The translations under genes were made by a program, and so were the position numbers. Of a DNA stretch of 64,000 bases, positions 49,180 through 60,560 are shown one piece after another. Within the stretch, counting starts at the first letter, position 1. Every line of letters starts with the position of its first letter. The notes under the pieces are model-generated. The model saw nothing but the letters and a program-made list of their open reading frames with translations. It searched no databases and was not told the DNA's origin. This DNA is from Eledone cirrhosa (Eukaryota), in assembly GCA_964016885.1 (NCBI GenBank), contig OZ024741.1:311054001-311118000 (forward strand), read 5' to 3'.

Positions 49180-52100
49180 GATAATGCCACACAAGGGCCA
49201 AGTGGTACGGCGAATCCACAGATGGCTATGTAACCATACATTCGCCAATCCTCGATAAGAGTGTTTAAATATCGAACATAAACAGTTCGAATAACGGGGA
49301 AATGGAGACTAGAACGTCATGTGACAGACTCTCACCCAACAGGTGCCCCCTGGCTCAGCAGCAGGAACCTGACTGTCAACCAAATACTGCTGATGTTGGA
49401 GGAAGAAGAAGAAGGAAAGGGGCCAGAACCCACTGGACGAAAGAATTGAATAGAACTGTTATGCAATGTTACCGGAAAAGTAACCCCAAGGAGAGGGGCT
49501 ACAGGAGACGGATGCATAACATCTGGAACGAGATTGGTCTATTTAAATTAGATGAACAAAAATTGGCCGGGCAGGCTCGGGTAATAAAAACTAATGGGTG
49601 GATAAGCGAGCTGGAACTGGAGGAACTGAGCAGAGAGAATGGCTTGGAGATGGCGGGTGTAGTATGCCAGACAAGCGAGCCAGTGGGAAATGAAGGTGAA
49701 GAGGTCCTGAGAACGGAGGAACCACCCGAAGCAGACAATGATCTGAATACTGAGATAAATAATACCTGGAACAGAGATACGGCCACTCAGGAGATGAATG
49801 CTGACGGGCTAGGACAAGATTCGGTTGACATCCTAAATTTAGTGGTAGATGAATTGAACAATGATAGTGGGAGACCTATGAACCTAAGATTTGTAGACAG
49901 GAAAAAGTTAAAAGAAACAACAGCTAAGGTAAACAAAGTCATCCCATACCTTGAGGCGAGGAGCCTTCACCAGTGCAACAATATTGGCAACAGCAAATAC
50001 GGTGAGGAAACTACTTGGTATAAAAGCGAGAGGAAACAACAGACAAGAAAGAGCAGAGCCGTGGTGGAAGAAACGACTGAGTGGTCAAATCGGAGAAATG
50101 AGAAATGACATAGGAAAGCTTGAGTCACTACTGAATGGGACACTAAAAAACATAGGCACTAAAAATAGACTGGAAATAAAGTACAAAACTAGGAGGAAAA
50201 AGCTAAATATTATCATAGAGGAACTGAAGCAACGCATTGTAGCAAAGAGTGCCAAAATCAGGCGATACGAGAACAGAGTCAGTCAGTATAAACAGAACCG
50301 CATGTTCGACAACAACCAGAAGATGCTGTTTGGACAGCTTGAGGGGAAAGAAAGAGGCAACGACTTGATCCCTGGGGCGGACAAACTAAAACATTCTGGA
50401 GAGGAATATGGGAGCAGGATGTTAGACATAATGTCCAGGCAGGGTGGATTGAGACAGTACAGAGGGAGATCGGTGAGCAGGCACACCAACAAACTGATTT
50501 GAGTATCACAGTTGAAACTCTTAAGGGGCAGGCCAAAAAACTAACCAACTGGAAATCACCAGGCCCAGGTGGTGTGCCGGGGTATTGGATTAAAAATGTA
50601 ACATCCCTCCACCCGAAGCTGACGGCCATGTTCAATGACTGCTTGGTGTCGGGTGAGGTGCCAGAGTGGTTGACAAAAGGTACCACAGTTCTGATAATGA
50701 AAGACCGAATCAAGGGTAATGATGTTACCAACTATAGACCTATCACATGTCTGTCCGTAATGTGGAAACTGTTGACGAGCATTGTGTCTGAGGAAATCTA
50801 CCATCACCTCCACACAAACAACTTGTTACCGGACGAACAGAAAGGATGCCGAAAGAAGTCACGTGGTACAAAGGACCAGTTACTTATTGATAAGTTGGTA
50901 ATGGGGAATTGCAGGAGGAGACACACTGATCTTGCCATGGGATGGATAGACTACAGAAAGGCATTTGACATGGTGCCTCATTCTTGGATCACCAAAAGCC
51001 TGGAGATCTTCAGGGTGGCAGATAACATCAGACAGTTGCTGGGCAGGAGTATGGGCTCCTGGGAGACAGAGTTGACATCAACTGGAGTATCCTTGGGAAG
51101 CGTGAAGATCAAGAGAGGTATCTTCCAGGGAGATAGCCTGTCCCCTCTGTTGTTTGTCCTTGCCCTGATGCCCTTGACCATTATGCTGCGAAAAGTGAGA
51201 GCAGGCTACAAGTTGGGAAAGGGAGAGCTTGCCATCAATCACCTCCTCTTCATGGACGATCTTAAGCTCTTCGGGAAAAGTGAGAAGGAGTTGGATGTGC
51301 TTGTTGACACTGTCCGTATTTTCAGCAGTGATATATGTATGCAGTTTGGTATTAGTAAATGTGGAGTCATTGTGATGAGGAGGGGTAGGTTGAGCAGAAG
51401 TAACGGGATCCAGATACCAACAGGTGAGATGATAAAGGAAATTGACACTGAGGAAGGATACAAGTATTTGGGCGTTCTGGAGGCTGATGGCATAAAGAAC
51501 AAAAAAATGAAGGAATTGTTAAGAACTGAATATATTCGGAGAGTAAGGAGCGTATTGAAGTCACATCTGAACAGCAGAAATGCCATAAGCGCAGTAAATT
51601 CTCGAGCTGTGTCTATTATTAGGTACAGTGCGGGAATTCTGAGATGGGATGTTGCTGAACAAAAAGAAATGGATAGGAAGTCTAGGAAGCTATTGACTAT
51701 CTACAACATGTTCCACAAGAGGAGTGATGTCGATAGACTCTACCTAAGGAGATCTGAGGGTGGAAGAGGTCTTATCAGCATAGAGGACTGTGTTCAGATG
51801 GAGAAAAACAACCTATACAAATACGTGACCTATAGTAAGGAGCCAATGCTCAGAACTGTACTGAAGGAGGGGACAGTAGGCCAGGGGATGTCCAAGGAGG
51901 AAATAACATTAAGGAGGAAGAGCAGCCTTAAGGGAAAATCCCTTCATAGTACCTTCTTTGAGAAAACTGAATTTAGAAATCCACAGACATGGAACTGGTT
52001 GAGAAGAGGAGACCTCAAAAAGGCTACAGAAGGAATGCTAATGGCTGCGCAGGAGCAGGCCCTCAAAACGAAGTGGTTGAAGCACCATATTTACAAGGAG

Positions 52101-52777
52101 GAGGCTAGCCCACTGTGCAGCATCTGTGGAGAGAGAGAGGAGACTGTGGCTCACATTGTGTCCGAGTGTAAACACCTAGCCCAGACCCACTATAAGGGCT
52201 GGAGACACGATGTGATGGGCAGGGTGATCCACTGGCACCTGTGCAAATTAAACAATCTACCACATTCTGAGAAATGGTATGAGCATAGGCCAGAGGCGGT
52301 GATGGAGAACAATCAGGTGAAGGTGCTGTGGGATTTTAGGATACAGACGGACAAAAAACTGGAACACAATAGACCTGACCTGGTGGTTGTGGACAAAGAA
52401 AAAAGATCGTGTCTGATTGTGGATGTGGCCTGCCCTTTCGACACGATAGTGCAAGAGAAGGAGAGGGAGAAAATTAACCGATACCAGGATCTAAAGTGGG
52501 AGGTGAAAAAGATTTGGAACTGCCATGAAGTCAAAGTGATCCCGATTGTCATAGGCGCACTGGGGACTATCTCCAAAAGTTTCCAGGGATGGTTAAAGAA
52601 AATCGGCCCCTTCACGCTTTTTGGAACGCTTCAAAAGGCATGCTTGCTGGGAACAGCAAGAACCCTCCGATACGTCCTGAATATCTGAGGTTGCAGGTAG
52701 TGGCTTGATATTCACTCCAACGGACTTTCCAGTTAACCAACATCAATGACTGAGATTCAAGGAATAACAACAACAAC

Positions 52778-52847
<70 letters not shown>
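49180..52847 (+). mobile_element. Near full-length R4/Dong-clade RLE retrotransposon with (AAT)n tail; single ORF broken by two 5' frameshifts
   Basis: ORFs 49302-50108 (WTKELN..VMQCY..RGYRRRM..W), 49951-50502 and 50499-52688. Tail 52763-52847. Confidence 0.92.
50499..52688 (+). CDS. Uninterrupted RT, CCHC finger and restriction-like endonuclease portion of the Dong/R4 ORF (729 aa)
   Basis: YRPITCL, DYRKAFDMVPH, GIFQGDSLSPLLF, LLFMDDLKL, YKYLG, CSICGEREETVAHIVSEC, RHD, NRPDLVV..IVDVACP..EKINRY. Confidence 0.9.
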   Translation: MSITVETLKGQAKKLTNWKSPGPGGVPGYWIKNVTSLHPKLTAMFNDCLVSGEVPEWLTKGTTVLIMKDRIKGNDVTNYRPITCLSVMWKLLTSIVSEEIYHHLHTNNLLPDEQKGCRKKSRGTKDQLLIDKLVMGNCRRRHTDLAMGWIDYRKAFDMVPHSWITKSLEIFRVADNIRQLLGRSMGSWETELTSTGVSLGSVKIKRGIFQGDSLSPLLFVLALMPLTIMLRKVRAGYKLGKGELAINHLLFMDDLKLFGKSEKELDVLVDTVRIFSSDICMQFGISKCGVIVMRRGRLSRSNGIQIPTGEMIKEIDTEEGYKYLGVLEADGIKNKKMKELLRTEYIRRVRSVLKSHLNSRNAISAVNSRAVSIIRYSAGILRWDVAEQKEMDRKSRKLLTIYNMFHKRSDVDRLYLRRSEGGRGLISIEDCVQMEKNNLYKYVTYSKEPMLRTVLKEGTVGQGMSKEEITLRRKSSLKGKSLHSTFFEKTEFRNPQTWNWLRRGDLKKATEGMLMAAQEQALKTKWLKHHIYKEEASPLCSICGEREETVAHIVSECKHLAQTHYKGWRHDVMGRVIHWHLCKLNNLPHSEKWYEHRPEAVMENNQVKVLWDFRIQTDKKLEHNRPDLVVVDKEKRSCLIVDVACPFDTIVQEKEREKINRYQDLKWEVKKIWNCHEVKVIPIVIGALGTISKSFQGWLKKIGPFTLFGTLQKACLLGTARTLRYVLNI

Positions 52848-52848
<1 letters not shown>

Positions 52849-54419
52849 GGATACAAGTTGGGAAGGGGAGAGCTTACCATCAATCACCTCCTCTTCATGG
52901 ACGATCTTAAGCTCTTCGGGAAAAGTGAGAAGGAGTTGGAAGTGCTTGTTGACACTGTCCGTATTTTCAGCAGTGATATATGTATGCAGTTTGGTATTGG
53001 TAAATGTGGAGTCATTGTGATGAGGAGGGGTAGGTTGAGCAGAAGTAACGGGATCCAGATACCAACAGGTGAGATGATAAAGGAAATTGACTCTGAGGAA
53101 GGATACAAGTATTTGGGCGTTCTGGAGGCTGATGGCATAAAGAACAAAAAAATGAAGGAATTGTTAAGAACTGAATACATTCGGAGAGTAAGGAGCGTAT
53201 TGAAGTCACATCTGAACAGCAGAAATGCCATAAACGCAGTAAATTCCCGAGCTGTGTCTATTATTAGGTACAGTGCGGGAATTCTGAGATGGAATGTTGC
53301 TGAACAAAAAGAAATGGATAAGAAGACTAGGAAGCTATTGACTATCTACAACATGTTCCACAAGAGGAGTGATGTCGATAGACTCTACCTAAGGAGATCT
53401 GAGGGTGGAAGAGGTCTTATCAGCATAGAGGACTGTGTTCAGATGGAGAAAAACAACCTATACAAATACGTGACCTATAGTAAGGAGCCAATGCTCAGAA
53501 CTGTACTGAAGGAGGGGACAGTAGGCCAGGGGATGTCCAAGGAGGAAATAACATCAAGGAGGAAGAGCAGCCTTAAGGGAAAATCCCTTCATAGTACCTT
53601 CTTTGAGAAAACTGAATTTAGAGATCCACAGACATGGAACTGGTTGAGAAGAGGAGACCTCAAAAAGGCTACAGAAGGAATGCTAATGGCTGCGCAGGAG
53701 CAGGCCCTCAAAACGAAGTGGTTGAAGCACCATATTTACAAGGAGGAGGCTAGCCCACTGTGCAGGATCTGTGGAGAGAGAGAGGAGACTGTGGCTCACA
53801 TTGTGTCCGAGTGTAAACACCTAGCCCAGACCCACTATAAGGGCTGGAGACACGATGTGATGGGCAGGGTGATCCACTGGCACCTGTGCAAAGTAAACAA
53901 TCTACCACATTCTGAGAAATGGTATGAGCATAGGCCAGAGGCGGTGATGGAGAACAATCAGGTGAAGGTGCTGTGGGATTTTAGGATACAGACGGACAAA
54001 AAACTGGAACACAATAGACCTGACCTGGTGGTTGTGGACAAAGAAAAAAGATCGTGTCTGATTGTGGATGTGGCCTGCCCGTTCGACACGAGAGTGCAAG
54101 AGAAGGAGAGGGAGAAAATTAACCGATACCAGGACCTAAAGTGGGAGGTGAAAAGGATTTGGAACTGCCATGAAGTCAAAGTGATCCCGATTGTCATAGG
54201 CGCACTGGGGACTATCTCCAAAAGTTTCCAGGGATGGTTAAAGAAAATCGGTCCCTTCACGCTTTTTGGAACGCTTCAAAAGGCATGCTTGCTTGGAACA
54301 GCAAGAACCCTCCGATACGTCCTGAATATCTGAGGCTGCAGGTAGTGGCTTGATATTCAATCCAACGGACTTTCCAGTTAACCAACATCAATGACTGAGA
54401 TTCAAGGAATAACAACAAC

Positions 54420-54512
<93 letters not shown>

Positions 54513-54518
54513 AAGAAG
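52848..54518 (+). mobile_element. Second, 5'-truncated Dong/R4 copy inserted in the (AAT)n tail of the first
   Basis: ORF 52858-54333 differs from copy 1 at ~15 of ~490 aa. Same 3' UTR, followed by (AAT)n(AAG)n. Confidence 0.92.
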
Positions 54519-55650
54519 AGTGCCACTTATTCCCCCTTTACAGTGCGACGACTGCTTGAGAGGTACTTTAGCAAAGTGTAAGCCATTGTATCTAGATTTT
54601 GTAGATAGGGAGAATGCCTTTGTGAGGGTCCCATCCTCTGTAATATGGTGGACATTTAGGAAGCTAGATGTAGATGAATGTCTTGTGAGAGCAGTGTGAG
54701 CCATGTATAAAAAAGCTGGAAGCCAGTTGAGTGATGAAGTGCAGTTCGATGTCCACCAGGGCTCCGTCCTTAGTCCACTCTTATTTGTCACTGCTCTTCA
54801 CTGGTCTTCCCTGAGTATTTCAAAACTGGTACTCCGTGGGCGTTACTATAAGCTGTGGATCTAGTACTTAATCTGAATCCGTAGGATGGTAAGGGACAAA
54901 ACTTCAAACTTGCAAGAACCTAGAGTTGAAACTAATCGCATTAAAGACAAAAGGGCTAAGTACGAAATAGGACAAGAAAGTGATACAATCAGGGAGTTGG
55001 CTGTGTTCGATATGCCAGAAAAGGGTGGGCAGGAGTTCTATAAGGTGTATAGAGTGCAATCGATGGACTCACAAGAGATGTGGCTGATGCACAGAAGAAG
55101 GGACACCTAAGAACTTACGTGAAGGAGATTCATTTAATTTCCAGGGATTTTCCTGAGAACTTATCAACAGCTTTTGTTACTTAGGTCATCGAAATCACAA
55201 GTGTGGAGCATACACTGAAAGTGTGACAGCCAGGATCAGAACAGGACAGGCTGGAAGAAGTTTAGAGAGCTGATACCTCTGCGAACAACAAACATTTTCT
55301 CACTCGGAGTGAAGAGTAGACAGTAGGATGCCTGTAAGCAAAGGGCAACGCTAAATGGCTGGGAAACATGTGCCTTAACTACATAAGACCTCCGAAGGCT
55401 GGAGAGTAATGACGACAGTATGCGCCGATGAATGTGTAATGCTAATGTTCATGGACGACGTACTAGAAATGAACTGAGAAGAAAACATTATATAAGAGAA
55501 TTTGAATGAAATGTGCAAAAGATAGATTACTCTGGTATGAATACGTGATACCTATGGAAGATAGCAGCTGAACAAAGAAATGCAGAGCAATCGCAGTGCC
55601 TGGAACACGAGGAAAAAGCAGACCCATAAAACTTGTGATGACGATATTGG
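54519..55650 (+). mobile_element. Old RTE (BovB-like) element, right half
   Basis: VRRLLERY.LAKCKPLYLDFVDRENAFVRVPSSVIWW..RKL.VDE.LVRAV, then VHQGSVLSPLLF. Heavily decayed. Confidence 0.75.
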
Positions 55651-56389
55651 CCAATATTAGCTGCTTTATCTCCCCATTGTTCACACCACTCTACCAGCAA
55701 ACCTTATCCCTCAGTATCCCTTACCCATCTCTCTAACAATACCCCTATCTCTATCGACCACATCCTTCACTACAACCCCTCTCGTAGTACATTAATCAGC
55801 TATCCCTAAAACTTACTCATCCCTAACCCAGCTTCCTATCTCTCCATCACGCCCCATATCACCACCATGTTGACCACATCCTCACACCACTACACCCCAT
55901 ACACTAATCAGCATGTTCTACCCCTTATCCATTGGCCTGCCAAACAAATCCCCATACATAACTATAACTTCATACTTATCTCCCTCCCTTACTGTCCCTT
56001 CTCAAGACTTGATTTATAGTCAACGTCTCCAGAGTGGTTGGTGAGTGGAAGTTCATCCGCTGTAGATCCCATACATAAAAGAATTAAGATAAACATTTAG
56101 TTGTTTTACAAACCTCCTTAGTTCTGGTGATCTACACTATAAAAGCAATCAGTACACACTGCAAAGCAGTTGGTGGTAGGAAAGGGATACGGCCGTAGAA
56201 AGCTTACTAAACGAAGGGTGAATAGGACCCTTCAGTTTGTTTCAAAAAACAACTTCTCGATATGACCTTGGCCTGTCTGATAGGTCAGTAGCCACGCTTC
56301 AGTATTAATTTGTTCTATGTAATCCCACGCAACACTTGCTTGCAGATGTAAGCGGACGTGAAATGATGATGATGATGACCTATACACAT

Positions 56390-56425
<36 letters not shown>

Positions 56426-56437
56426 GCGCGCGCACAC

Positions 56438-56489
<52 letters not shown>

Positions 56490-56493
<4 letters not shown>

Positions 56494-57080
56494 ATGATAA
56501 TAAAATTGAAGACTAAAATCCAAAGAGGGCTCGATAAGGATAAATACATATCAAATATATAAGAACCGTAGAGCAAATATTTGCGTGTAATTGGTCCCAC
56601 GCTCCACATTATGACGTATTATCTTCGTTTTTTCCGTTCTTTGCCAGAGAACGTCCCCACGAAACAAAGTATCGTCTTCCTGTCTTCCTTCGGTTGCAAC
56701 GTTTTTCGAAATATTTGCTTCTGCGTTCACAGATTGATTTTTTTAGTTTCAGAAGATCCCGTTAAGGGTGAAAGCACCGATTCTTTGCTTAAACTTTAAT
56801 CTGATATTTTAATAAATATATATATATTTATTAAAATAACAGATTAAATTTCAAGCAAAGAATCGCTGCTTTCACCCTTAACATATATATTTATTAAAAT
56901 AACAGAATAAAGTTTAAGCAAAGAATCGCTGCTTTCACCCTTAACGGGATCCTCTGAAATTCAGAAGATCCCGTTAAGAGTGAAAGCAGCGATTCTTTGC
57001 ATAAACTTTAGGGTTCTTATATATTTGATATATATTTATCCTTAAATATCTGGATTTTAGGCTTCACATTTATTATTATT
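56490..57080. mobile_element. Scrambled family X copy with multiple strand switches
   Basis: Segments R 56490-56581, F 56581-56820, R 56820-56882, R 56883-56959, F 56960-57010, F tail 57012-57080. Confidence 0.85.
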
Positions 57081-57206
57081 AATATATATATATTGTTATA
57101 CTTTGGGAGGGTCATGTTGCCAATAAGAAACACACGCACCAGTTGCTTTCACTTCAATTTATTATATATTTATAAATTTATAAATTTACAAATCTACAAA
57201 CTTATA

Positions 57207-57537
57207 AATTATAAATTTCTGGTTGGTTGGTTGGTTCCACAACCAGATAGTTGTTTATATATATAGTCATAGTCCTTTCGTCACACACTCTGTGACCTCT
57301 TCAGTGACTGGGGATTCCTTTCTTCGTTTCTGTGCCTTTTCTTTCTTCTATCCTACGCCATTTTGTTTCACACAGAAACAAAATGGCGTAGGATAGAAGA
57401 AAGAAAAGGCACAGAAACGAAGAAAGGAATCCCCAGTCACTGAAGAGGTCACAGAGTGTGTGACGAAAGGACTATGACTATATATATAAACAACTATCTG
57501 GTTGTGGAACCAACCAACCAACCAGAAATTTATAATT
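57207..57537. repeat. Perfect palindrome, 163-bp arms, 5-nt loop (acaca)
   Basis: 57207-57369 is the reverse complement of 57375-57537; no mismatch seen by eye. Confidence 0.95.
57435..57479 (+). ncRNA. Complete minimal type I hammerhead ribozyme motif (mirror copy 57265-57309 minus)
   Basis: agtca-CTGAAGA-g-gtcac-agagtgt-gtgac-GAAA-gga-CTA-tgact: 5-bp stem I, 5-bp stem II, canonical core, very short stem III, CUA triplet. Confidence 0.8.
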
Positions 57538-57567
57538 AAAGGCTTATTGGTAAGTGCCACAATTGCA

Positions 57568-58480
57568 CTCAGAAGGCGGCGCCCGGCCTCAGCGGAGAGA
57601 AAGGGGATATCAACTTCTTGAGGTGGCCAGGCCGTAGACCATTAGCACCTCCACTGCTGCTGCTGCTAGCTAGGAAGGACTTGATGGCAGACAGGATGTC
57701 TGCGTCGGAAGCCACAAGGAGCAGGTGGGGTTCGGGTGGGGTTATGGGACGGAGGTTAGCGGGTGGCTCGGGGTGCTTGAGTCGCAGGGCACCTAGGACC
57801 TCCTCAGTGCGTTGGAGGACAGTGTCCTCTGAGGTAACCACTCTGACTTCGGTCGAGACATCTCCCATGATTTGTTTTGCCTTTACGCCGTTACGCAAAC
57901 GCTTGGCGCTGGCCTCACGGGTGGAGTATTGGAGGCTCCCAAGAGCAGGGGGTGTGGTGTCCTTCGGCACGAAATAGAAGAGGCGCTCCCAGTCGCTGGC
58001 TTCATTGTGTTCCAGGGTACTGTCAATCGAGGAAGCGAGGGCATCGTCTACTAGCACCCAGGCCACTCTTGGGATCCTGATCTGAATCTTCCGGAGCCGC
58101 CTGAGCCGAGCGATGTTGACAAGCGAGGCTTGGGCATCAGGCAAGCTCGCTGTCACATCTGGTGGCGTGCCAGACGGCCATGGCTGTGTAGAGGAGGGGA
58201 AGAGACAGTTTCTGCATCTTCACGCCGCGAGGCCACTGGAAGCTCGACGAGTCAAGTCAACACTAGTGAGGTGGTGTAAGCAGCCGCACCCCGAACAGTT
58301 CCGGCTCCTCTTCCGTCTGTTCGTGAAGCTGCAAGTGCTGCAGGTGTCGACTGGTGGGGTTGGAGGATGGGGCGTGGATCTGGGGACTGGGGCACCAAGC
58401 GGCATCGGGGGTGAGTTGCTGGTTGTCACCAGGCTAGGTGCTACGAACGACTGTGTGTGAGTAGAAGGGAAAGTGTTGGT
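57568..58480 (-). mobile_element. CRE-clade retrotransposon N-terminal fragment
   Basis: Cys/His finger CSTC..NCSGCGCLHHL, then RIPR..W..LF, LRLKHPEPP, AIKSF..SSGGANGLRPGHLK, the segment preceding the CRE RT. Confidence 0.7.
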
Positions 58481-59059
58481 ATGAATGAGGCCTCATAGCT
58501 CACCTATATCAGATATGGAGGCGACAGAAGAGAAGATGGAAGAGAAGGGGCTGCATGGAAGGGGACACACAAGAAAGTAGAAAGTTAACAAATAAATAAA
58601 TGAATGAATGGATGCAGGTACAAAAAGAAAGCAAGGGGTTGTTCCCAGCGTAAATACCCAAAGTTTGTTATTGTCACTGTTGCTGGAGTTGGCTTCCTCT
58701 TGTTAATGGTAGTAGTATTGATGATTGCTGGAATGATGTTGGTGTATACACATATATGTTGTTATTGTTATTGTCACTGCTGCTGTCGTATTTTTCCTCT
58801 TGTTAATAGTGGTAGTTGATACTGATCCCTATTTCGGTGCCAGGCTGGCTGCTGAGTTTCGAATGCCTTCTTTCACCGAAGATGCGGGTGATTGTTATTG
58901 TCACTGTTGCTGTCGTTGCCTTTCTCTTGTTAATGGTCGTGATAAATGTTGGTGCTACCTATTTCGGCTGTTAAGCTGGCTGCTGAATCAGCTTCTAGAT
59001 TTAGTATTATAAATTCATTTATTTATTTATTTGTTTATGATACAGAATGGGAAGAGAAA

Positions 59060-59185
59060 TAATTGTTTCTACTTTTGGCACAAGGCCAGCAATTTTCACA
59101 GTGCATTACTGGTACTTTATTTTATCGACCCCGTAAGGATGAAAGGCAAAGTTAATCTAGGCAGGATTTGAACTCAGAATGGCAA
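59060..59185 (-). mobile_element. tRNA-derived SINE (5'-truncated)
   Basis: aattgtttctacttttggcacaaggcc...atcgaccccgtaaggatgaaaggcaaag...ggatttgaactcag. Confidence 0.85.
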
Positions 59186-59424
59186 TGGCATTTTCAGTTC
59201 TGTCGTGGCAGATGAAGCCGAGAGGAAGAAAGAGTAGAGATGTATTTTCCTGACATGTCCCGAAAAGATTCTAAACGACTTAAGTCTGGTAAGTGCGCAC
59301 ACATATTAGATGGTGCTGTTCCACTAAACATAATTACAATATTTTATAATTGTTTCTTCACTCAACTTCTAACACTGGAGATCTATTATCATTTTAGCTG
59401 TCCACTACTAGTGAACTGATGTAA

Positions 59425-60560
59425 CACCCCTTATTGTTCGAGTACCTTCCGGGCTATTCGAGCTGTTCCAAGCAATGTTGTGTTTTCTAAGCGTTCCATC
59501 AGTATTGCATTCCCTATTTCTTTAATGAAGTTCTCAATATCTTTACTCCATGTGCCCAAACCTCCAACTATTATTGGTATTACCATCACTTTTTTCAGCG
59601 ATCACAAATGCCTATCACCCTATCCAAACCTGTCATATCTATCAATTGTTTTTCCTTCTTTACCGCATACCTTTTAATCAGCTGGACAAGCTATATATAT
59701 GATCCAACACTGTTTGCTTTCTGTCTCAATTAATACAATATCTGGTCTTCTCTGATCAATCTCATGGTCACACTGTATCACAAAGTCACACAGAAACTAT
59801 GCATTATTGATTTCAATAATGACCTCATAGTTATGTTCCTACCGAATGTTTATTCTGTCAAGTGCATATTTGCATCAACGTGCTCATCTACTTTCCATGC
59901 TATGTTGTCTTGACGTCTTTTATATTCTTTCTGAACTAGTGGTGCATATTGACTGGTAATATTTCATACAGTTTCTCTACTCATGCCACAACTTCTATAT
60001 TTAACACTTTCTGTTGTGTCGTCTACTCTATGCTTGATGTAGTTAGTGGAATTTTCCACTTATTCGTTTTTTTGTCCATTTACTTTCAGTGTCATCCACC
60101 CTCAAATGCTTGTACTGTGTTTTTTTTCTTTGCAAACTTCTATTTTGCCCAGCTTTTCTGTGGATTTTTTTTATGTACCACGCCATGATAATTTCTTCTG
60201 ATTTAATGCTGTCTTGGCACCCCGTCAGTCCTCATCCTCTTCTTTCTCTTGTTACATATAATCTGTCTGTGTCACTCTTATCTAGTCAATATCCTTCTTG
60301 TCTACCGTTCTATATAGTCCACATGATCGGCCCTGCCCCATATCTAAGGAGTGATATCGCCCATGAATTGATAAATTCCTTCTTATTTCTTCCATTCAGT
60401 TTTGACTTTAGAATAAGTGTCAGTCTGTGCACCTATTACACCCTAAATTATTCTTTAATTCCTCCTGCATTATTTTATCAACTTCCAATATCCATACGTA
60501 CTAATAACCTTCCTCTTGTCTTTGCTTCATAACCTTTCAAGATGCATGTACATTGATTCT
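59425..60560 (-). mobile_element. Old degenerate Dong/R4 3' fragment
   Basis: rc motifs KSDTDRLYVTRERRG, DHEIDQRRPDIVLI and KTTLLGTARIARKVLE. Confidence 0.7.

Noticed and set aside
42388-54333. Prokaryotic RT systems (retron, DGR, group II intron)
   Set aside because: RTs carry APE, RLE or GIY-YIG partners and microsatellite tails typical of eukaryotic retrotransposons; the Dong duplicate differences are not adenine-specific as far as I can see.
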